Origin: an uncultured Alphaproteobacteria bacterium
GTDB taxonomy: Bacteria > Pseudomonadota > Alphaproteobacteria > RF32 > CAG-239
NCBI GenBank assembly: GCA_944392205.1
Contig: CALXVV010000002.1
Coordinates: 20,949 to 84,948, forward strand
Direction of reading: 5' to 3'
Length of the DNA: 64,000 nucleotides
The notes beneath the pieces are model-generated. The model was not told the origin of the DNA and searched no databases. It saw nothing but the letters and a program-made list of their open reading frames with translations. Of this stretch, positions 59,471-64,000 are shown in pieces. Positions within the stretch are counted from its first letter, which is position 1. Each line of letters starts with the position of its first letter. The position numbers and the translations under genes were made by a program.

Positions 59471-60724
59471 TTAGGAATTCATATTGGCAAAGAAGTCATT
59501 ATTATCCTTACTTACTCTTAATTTATCAAGCAAGAACTCCATGCCGTCCGTCATGCCCATTTGCATCAAGACGCGGCGCAAAACCCACATCTTGGTTAAG
59601 CGTTCTTTATCCACCAAAAGTTCTTCTTTTCTGGTGCCGGAACGTGTGATATCTATGGTCGGGAATAAACGTTTATCAGTTAGTTTTCTATCAAGAATAA
59701 TTTCTGAGTTACCCGTTCCCTTAAACTCTTCAAAAATAACCTCATCCATGCGAGAACCGGTATCTATCAACGCCGTGGCAATGATAGTTAAGGACCCGCC
59801 TTCTTCAACATTTCTGGCAGCACCAAGCAGGCGTTTTGGTCTTTGCAGAGCATTGGCATCTACACCACCGGTTAAAACCTTTCCTGATGAAGGAATCACG
59901 GTATTATAGGCTCTGCCCAAACGAGTAATGGAATCCAGTAAAATAACAACATCTTTTTTGGTTTCTACCAAACGTTTGGCTTTTTCTATCACCATTTCTG
60001 CAACCTGAACATGGCGGCTTGCCGGCTCATCAAATGTCGATGATATAACCTCTCCTTTAACAGAGCGGGTCATATCCGTTACCTCTTCCGGGCGCTCATC
60101 TATCAGCAACACCATCAAATAGCATTCAGGATGATTGGTGGCTATGGCATGGGCAATGTTTTGCAACATTACGGTTTTACCGGTGCGAGGAGGAGCCACA
60201 ATCAAGCCTCTCTGTCCTTTTCCCTGCGGAGCAATCAAGTCAATGACTCTTGTGGTGTAATCTTTCTCTCCGCATATAATGTCAAAATTGAGTTTTTCCG
60301 TCGGGTACAAAGGTGTTAAGTTATCGAAATTTACTCTCAATTTTGATTTTTCGGGATCTTCAAAATTAATCTTATTTACTTTTACCAGAGCAAAGTAGCG
60401 CTCATTGTCTTTCGGCGCTCTTATCTCTCCTTCTACCGTGTCTCCAGTTCTTAGACCAAATTTCTTTACTTGGGCGGGAGATACATATATATCATCCGGG
60501 CCGGCCAGGTAATTTGATTGAGCCGAACGCAAAAAACCAAAGCCATCTTGCATGACCTCTATGGTTCCTTCGCCGCTGATGGTTTGATCTTCGCCTGCTA
60601 CTTTTTTCAAAATAGCAAACATTAAGTCTTGTACACGCATGGAAGAAGCGTCTTCTATGCCGAGATCCTCTGCCTGAGTTAACAACTCAGTCGGAGACTT
60701 TTGTTTTAAATCTTTTAAATTCAT
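59471..60724 (-). CDS. rho: Transcription termination factor Rho.
   Basis: [16 protein letters not shown]-terminus, the RNA-binding OB-fold, the ATPase Walker A GKT in [11 protein letters not shown], and Q/R loops. 417 aa. Confidence 0.95.
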   Translation of the reverse strand: MNLKDLKQKSPTELLTQAEDLGIEDASSMRVQDLMFAILKKVAGEDQTISGEGTIEVMQDGFGFLRSAQSNYLAGPDDIYVSPAQVKKFGLRTGDTVEGEIRAPKDNERYFALVKVNKINFEDPEKSKLRVNFDNLTPLYPTEKLNFDIICGEKDYTTRVIDLIAPQGKGQRGLIVAPPRTGKTVMLQNIAHAIATNHPECYLMVLLIDERPEEVTDMTRSVKGEVISSTFDEPASRHVQVAEMVIEKAKRLVETKKDVVILLDSITRLGRAYNTVIPSSGKVLTGGVDANALQRPKRLLGAARNVEEGGSLTIIATALIDTGSRMDEVIFEEFKGTGNSEIILDRKLTDKRLFPTIDITRSGTRKEELLVDKERLTKMWVLRRVLMQMGMTDGMEFLLDKLRVSKDNNDFFANMNS

Positions 60725-60960
60725 GGAAACCTTTTTGGAAATGATTAAATAGGAGGGATATTTGTGATTTTTTTATAAGAGTTTTTTTACCTTCTGTCAA
60801 TTAATATTATAAGGCACTTTTATGAACAGCCCCGCAGGGCCAATAATATATTTTTAAAATGTTTTTGTTGTTTGTGAATCCCTGTGAGAGTTGTTGATTA
60901 TTTTTTTATCTTTGAGTTATTCAGATTTTAACTCTTTGTTAATAAAATTGAGGAAATTTG

Positions 60961-60975
60961 TTAATAGTTTATTAA
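60961..60975. promoter_or_regulatory. CtrA-box (TTAA-N7-TTAA).
   Basis: ttaatagtttattaa. Confidence 0.5.
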
Positions 60976-61041
60976 TATTTTAGTCTTTTCAATTGACTAA
61001 TGTTGTGAAGCTTATTTTTTGTTGGTTGTTAGTAAGTTTTG

Positions 61042-61050
61042 TTATCCACA
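61042..61050. promoter_or_regulatory. DnaA box (perfect 9-mer).
   Basis: ttatccaca. Confidence 0.6.
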
Positions 61051-61199
61051 TCTTGTGAATCAAATTTAAGCCTGTGTGTAAGTTGTGAGATTAAATTTTA
61101 CTTTACGGTGATAAAAAGTTATAAAAGGTAGGGTAGGGGTGAGTTATGCACAGAAAATGAGACTTCTGTTTATAACTTGTTTAACCTTCTGATAAAAGG

Positions 61200-61796
61200 A
61201 TGTTTTTTATGTTGCTTGTGGCTATTACCGGTTCTATCGGGTGCGGAAAGACTACTTTGGCTAAAATTGCCAATTCTTTGGGATATACCGTTTTTGATAT
61301 TGATGGTTGGGTGAGGAGACTCTACTTTTCTCGGGATTTTTTAAAAACACTGGAAAAATCTTTTCCCGGAACTGTTCATAATGGAGTGGCTGATAAAAGA
61401 GCTTTGCGCAACTTAGTCTTTAATGATAAAGGTAAACTCAAACTCTTAGAAAGTCTTATTCATCCTTTTTTGCGTGAAAATTTAAAAAAAGTCATTAGAG
61501 AAAACGCTTGTTATTCTGATATATTTTTTATTGACGTGGCTTTGTTGTTTGAAATGGGATGGGATAAATATTGCGATTTGATTTTGGTGGCAGATGTTGA
61601 TTATAATATCCAAAAACAACGTGTCATGAAAAGAGATAATATTTCTGCCGAGGATTTTGACAAGATAAATAATGTGCAAATGAGTAATGAACATAAAAAA
61701 ATGTTGGCTGATGTGGTGATTAATACCGATAAGCCTAAAAATTTGCTCAAGGTTGAGCTTATTAACATTATTAGAGGATTGGAAGCTAATTTATGA
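61200..61796 (+). CDS. coaE: Dephospho-CoA kinase.
   Basis: VAITGSIGCGKTT P-loop at the N-terminus. About 198 aa. Followed by dnaQ with a 4-bp overlap, as in other alphaproteobacteria. Confidence 0.85.
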   Translation: MFFMLLVAITGSIGCGKTTLAKIANSLGYTVFDIDGWVRRLYFSRDFLKTLEKSFPGTVHNGVADKRALRNLVFNDKGKLKLLESLIHPFLRENLKKVIRENACYSDIFFIDVALLFEMGWDKYCDLILVADVDYNIQKQRVMKRDNISAEDFDKINNVQMSNEHKKMLADVVINTDKPKNLLKVELINIIRGLEANL

Positions 61797-62479
61797 CAAG
61801 AGAAATTGTATTTGATACCGAAACAACAGGTTTTGACTATGCTAAGGGCGACAGATTGGTTGAAATTGGCGCTGTTGAGCTTATTAATCATATGCCGACC
61901 GGCGTGACTTTTCATCAATATATTAATCCGGAAAGAGATGTGCCTGAAGAGGTTGTTAAAGTTCACGGATTAACTTATGATTTTTTGAAAGATTTTCCTA
62001 CCTTTGAAAAAATTGCCGATGATTGGCTCGATTTTGTGGGTGATGCTACTTTGGTTGCTCATAATGCCTCTTTTGATATTAATTTTGTGAATTATGAGCT
62101 GAAACAAATAGGAAAGCCGGAATTTGAATGGAGCAGGGTGGTTGATACCTTGGAAATTGCCAGATTACTATTTCCAGGTGCCAGGTGCAGTTTGGATGCC
62201 TTGTGTAAGAGGTTTGAGGTTGATAACAGCAGTCGTACTTTTCACGGAGCATTACTTGATGCTCAGCTGCTGTCTGAGGTATATTTGGAGCTTTTGGGTG
62301 GAAAAGAACCAAGCTTGTTGCTTGATTCTAAAAAAACAAAAGTTGAAAAAAACGTGGAGACAACTCAACAACAAAAAACTTTGCGGCCGGCCAGAAATTT
62401 TTCTTTGAGTGAAGATGAAATAAATGCTCATAATGCTTTTTTGCAAAGTAAAATAAAAGAGGCCGTTTGGAACAGCTAA
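61793..62479 (+). CDS. dnaQ: DNA polymerase III epsilon subunit (3'-5' proofreading exonuclease).
   Basis: Exo I (VFDTETTG), Exo II (LVAHNASFD) and Exo III (HGALLDAQLLSEVY) motifs. Confidence 0.9.
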   Translation: MTREIVFDTETTGFDYAKGDRLVEIGAVELINHMPTGVTFHQYINPERDVPEEVVKVHGLTYDFLKDFPTFEKIADDWLDFVGDATLVAHNASFDINFVNYELKQIGKPEFEWSRVVDTLEIARLLFPGARCSLDALCKRFEVDNSSRTFHGALLDAQLLSEVYLELLGGKEPSLLLDSKKTKVEKNVETTQQQKTLRPARNFSLSEDEINAHNAFLQSKIKEAVWNS

Positions 62480-62501
62480 CGGCCTCTTTATTACTCAGTT
62501 T

Positions 62502-62792
62502 TTAGTTGTTCTGAATAACTGTTTCATCTTCTTCTATATCCAGACTATCGGGAGTTTCTGTGCCGGTAATTTGTTCCATAACAGTTGCCGAATCATCTGG
62601 CATGTTAGGAGATGTTTGATTGTCCGAATTTTCTTGCGGTGCGGCAGTCTGCACAACGTATCCTTCTTCTACCATCATCATATTAGCAGAGCCTGGATTG
62701 CCGATTTCAGCTTGGGTTTGATCTTGTGCAGCAGCTTCAAAACAACTCAAAAATGTTGTCGCCAGTGCTAATGTGAAAATATTCTTTATCAT
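62502..62792 (-). CDS. Hypothetical small secreted acidic protein (96 aa).
   Basis: Signal peptide MIKNIFTLALATTFLSCFEAAAQ, then an acidic low-complexity region rich in D/E/T/Q. Confidence 0.35.
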   Translation of the reverse strand: MIKNIFTLALATTFLSCFEAAAQDQTQAEIGNPGSANMMMVEEGYVVQTAAPQENSDNQTSPNMPDDSATVMEQITGTETPDSLDIEEDETVIQNN

Positions 62793-62927
62793 TTCTTCCT
62801 CTCTGTTGGTTGTTGGAACTTTTTTGATATATTTAGGAATATCGGCTATTCAAGTATTTTGTTGACGAATTTATCTATTTGGGTAATATTACCAAGGTTG
62901 TAAGTAAAATGAAAAAAGGAGATTATC

Positions 62928-63608
62928 GTGGTCTTTGGTAAAAATGTCATCATTTATGATTTGGATGACACACTTTATAATAAAACCGAAGAATTTGCCG
63001 ATTTATTGGATGCTACAATGGCCCAGGCTTTGATAGAAGATTTGGGGCTTAAGCTTGATTTTGATACTACTAAGAAATTAGTGACAGAATCCTTTAAAAT
63101 TTATCGTGACGGTGGTGAAATCTTCTTTAGAGACTATGGTATTAATCCCAGAGACTTATTCATTGCTTATCATAGGCGTAAACCTGTTGAAAAAATAGTT
63201 CCTTATAAGAATCTTTTGGAAAAGTTGAAAAAAATTCCCGCTGAACAATATGTGTTTACCGCCAGCGACAGATATGCTTCTGAGAAAATTCTCAAGCATT
63301 TGGGTTTATGGGAATTTTTTAAAGATCGCTATTATTCCGTTGAGGACTTTGGCGTTTATAAGAAAAATGAAAGCGCTGATGTTTATATTCGCTATTGTCA
63401 GAAGATTGGAGTTAAGCCCCAGGATTGCGTATTTGTTGATGACAGTTATTCTAACCTTGAGTATGCTAAAGAAGCCGGTATGACAACGGTTAGAATCTAT
63501 TATCATAATAATTCTGCCAAAGATAAAACTTACATTGATTATGCCTATAAAGGCTTGATGAGCTTTTTGGATTTTGTTTTGAAAGATGCCAAAAAGTTAT
63601 CTGCATAG
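62928..63608 (+). CDS. HAD-superfamily hydrolase (pyrimidine 5'-nucleotidase / YjjG-like).
   Basis: Motif I IIYDLDDTLYN and motif IV VFVDDSYSN. Confidence 0.6.
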   Translation: MVFGKNVIIYDLDDTLYNKTEEFADLLDATMAQALIEDLGLKLDFDTTKKLVTESFKIYRDGGEIFFRDYGINPRDLFIAYHRRKPVEKIVPYKNLLEKLKKIPAEQYVFTASDRYASEKILKHLGLWEFFKDRYYSVEDFGVYKKNESADVYIRYCQKIGVKPQDCVFVDDSYSNLEYAKEAGMTTVRIYYHNNSAKDKTYIDYAYKGLMSFLDFVLKDAKKLSA

Positions 63609-63872
63609 AATGTTTTCATGTTGATAGTTAGCTTGATTATCTAATTTTAATTGCTCTTTTAGTAATTCTTGTTTGAAAAATTCAAGCAAGGGTGAGAATT
63701 TTTTGTTATATTCTTCCGTTAACTCTGCAGATGCTTTGTCTATCTCTGAGAGAGATTTGACGTTTATCGGTTTTATAGAGAGTGCAATTTTTTTTGCAGC
63801 TTCATCAAATAATGGAAGAAAATAGTCTAAGGCTGCTTTATTTATTTGTTGGTGGGTTTGTTCATGCCTCAA
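63597..63872 (-). CDS. Hypothetical protein (91 aa). It may be the C-terminal part of a longer minus-strand gene that continues toward the window edge.
   Basis: Open frame only. No motif recognised. Confidence 0.25.
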   Translation of the reverse strand: MRHEQTHQQINKAALDYFLPLFDEAAKKIALSIKPINVKSLSEIDKASAELTEEYNKKFSPLLEFFKQELLKEQLKLDNQANYQHENILCR

Positions 63873-64000
63873 GACAACATTATATTCGCAACTGTTGGGA
63901 ATAAGTTGTTTGGAGATATAAATGGTGGGATCACTGAAATAAACAGAAAGTTTTATGGTTGTGGGGTAAACGCAAAAGTCATATTTGCCGATAATATCGC

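Larger units (their letters stand above)
60725..61199. other. Candidate chromosomal replication origin (oriC/Cori-type) in the rho-coaE intergenic region. It also houses the rho promoter and leader.
   Basis: A 475-bp AT-rich non-coding region. It contains a perfect DnaA box TTATCCACA (61042-61050), two TGTGAATC(C/A) 7-of-9 DnaA-like boxes that overlap GANTC methylation sites (60873-60881 and 61054-61062), a perfect CtrA box TTAA-N7-TTAA (60961-60975) and a TTAA-N7-TTTA half-match (61091-61105). It is flanked by coaE-dnaQ, as at the Caulobacter and Rhizobiales origins. Confidence 0.5.

Overview
This 64 kb window looks like a chromosomal backbone region of a low-GC alphaproteobacterium, probably Rhizobiales-like. 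The evidence is the gene content and order: ccrM, hprK with EIIA-Man and npr, ialB, ffs-dnaX-ybaB-recR, and rho-mnmE-mnmG-rsmG-parA-parB. I did not determine GC content or run any homology search; all calls rest on motifs read directly from the six-frame translations and the nucleotide sequence.

The window is gene-dense. The clearest genes are:
- DNA metabolism: gyrB, polA, parE, dnaX, recR, radA, dnaQ, xthA.
- Translation: rpsB, tsf, rlmN, rsmI, rsmG, mnmE, mnmG, cca, tsaE.
- Envelope: lolA, a class A PBP, an EnvC-like M23 peptidase, ctpA, kdsB, mlaEF.
- Metabolism: gpmI, nadM-nadE, coaE.
- RNA genes: two tRNA-Ala genes and an SRP RNA (ffs) immediately upstream of dnaX.

The items most worth a second look:
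- A translationally coupled HD-HD-PHP phosphoesterase operon is inserted between mnmG and rsmG. In fact every junction of the rho-to-parB block carries accessory genes.
- The 475-bp AT-rich rho-coaE intergenic region carries a perfect DnaA box and a perfect CtrA box, so it is a candidate oriC. Two parS palindromes lie inside rsmG and mnmG.
- dnaX contains an A10 run whose two alternative frames both terminate within three codons. This is a candidate tau/gamma slippage site.
- The tRNA-Ala locus shows scrambled tRNA fragments and direct repeats. An NT5C-like HAD gene and a HIT gene lie beside it.
- A 1145-aa autotransporter has three internal repeats.
- There are several orphan small ORFs: a K/N/S-rich 46-aa peptide, a Cys-rich 78-aa protein, an RHH protein and an XRE HTH protein.

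No CRISPR array, rRNA gene or intact mobile element was seen.
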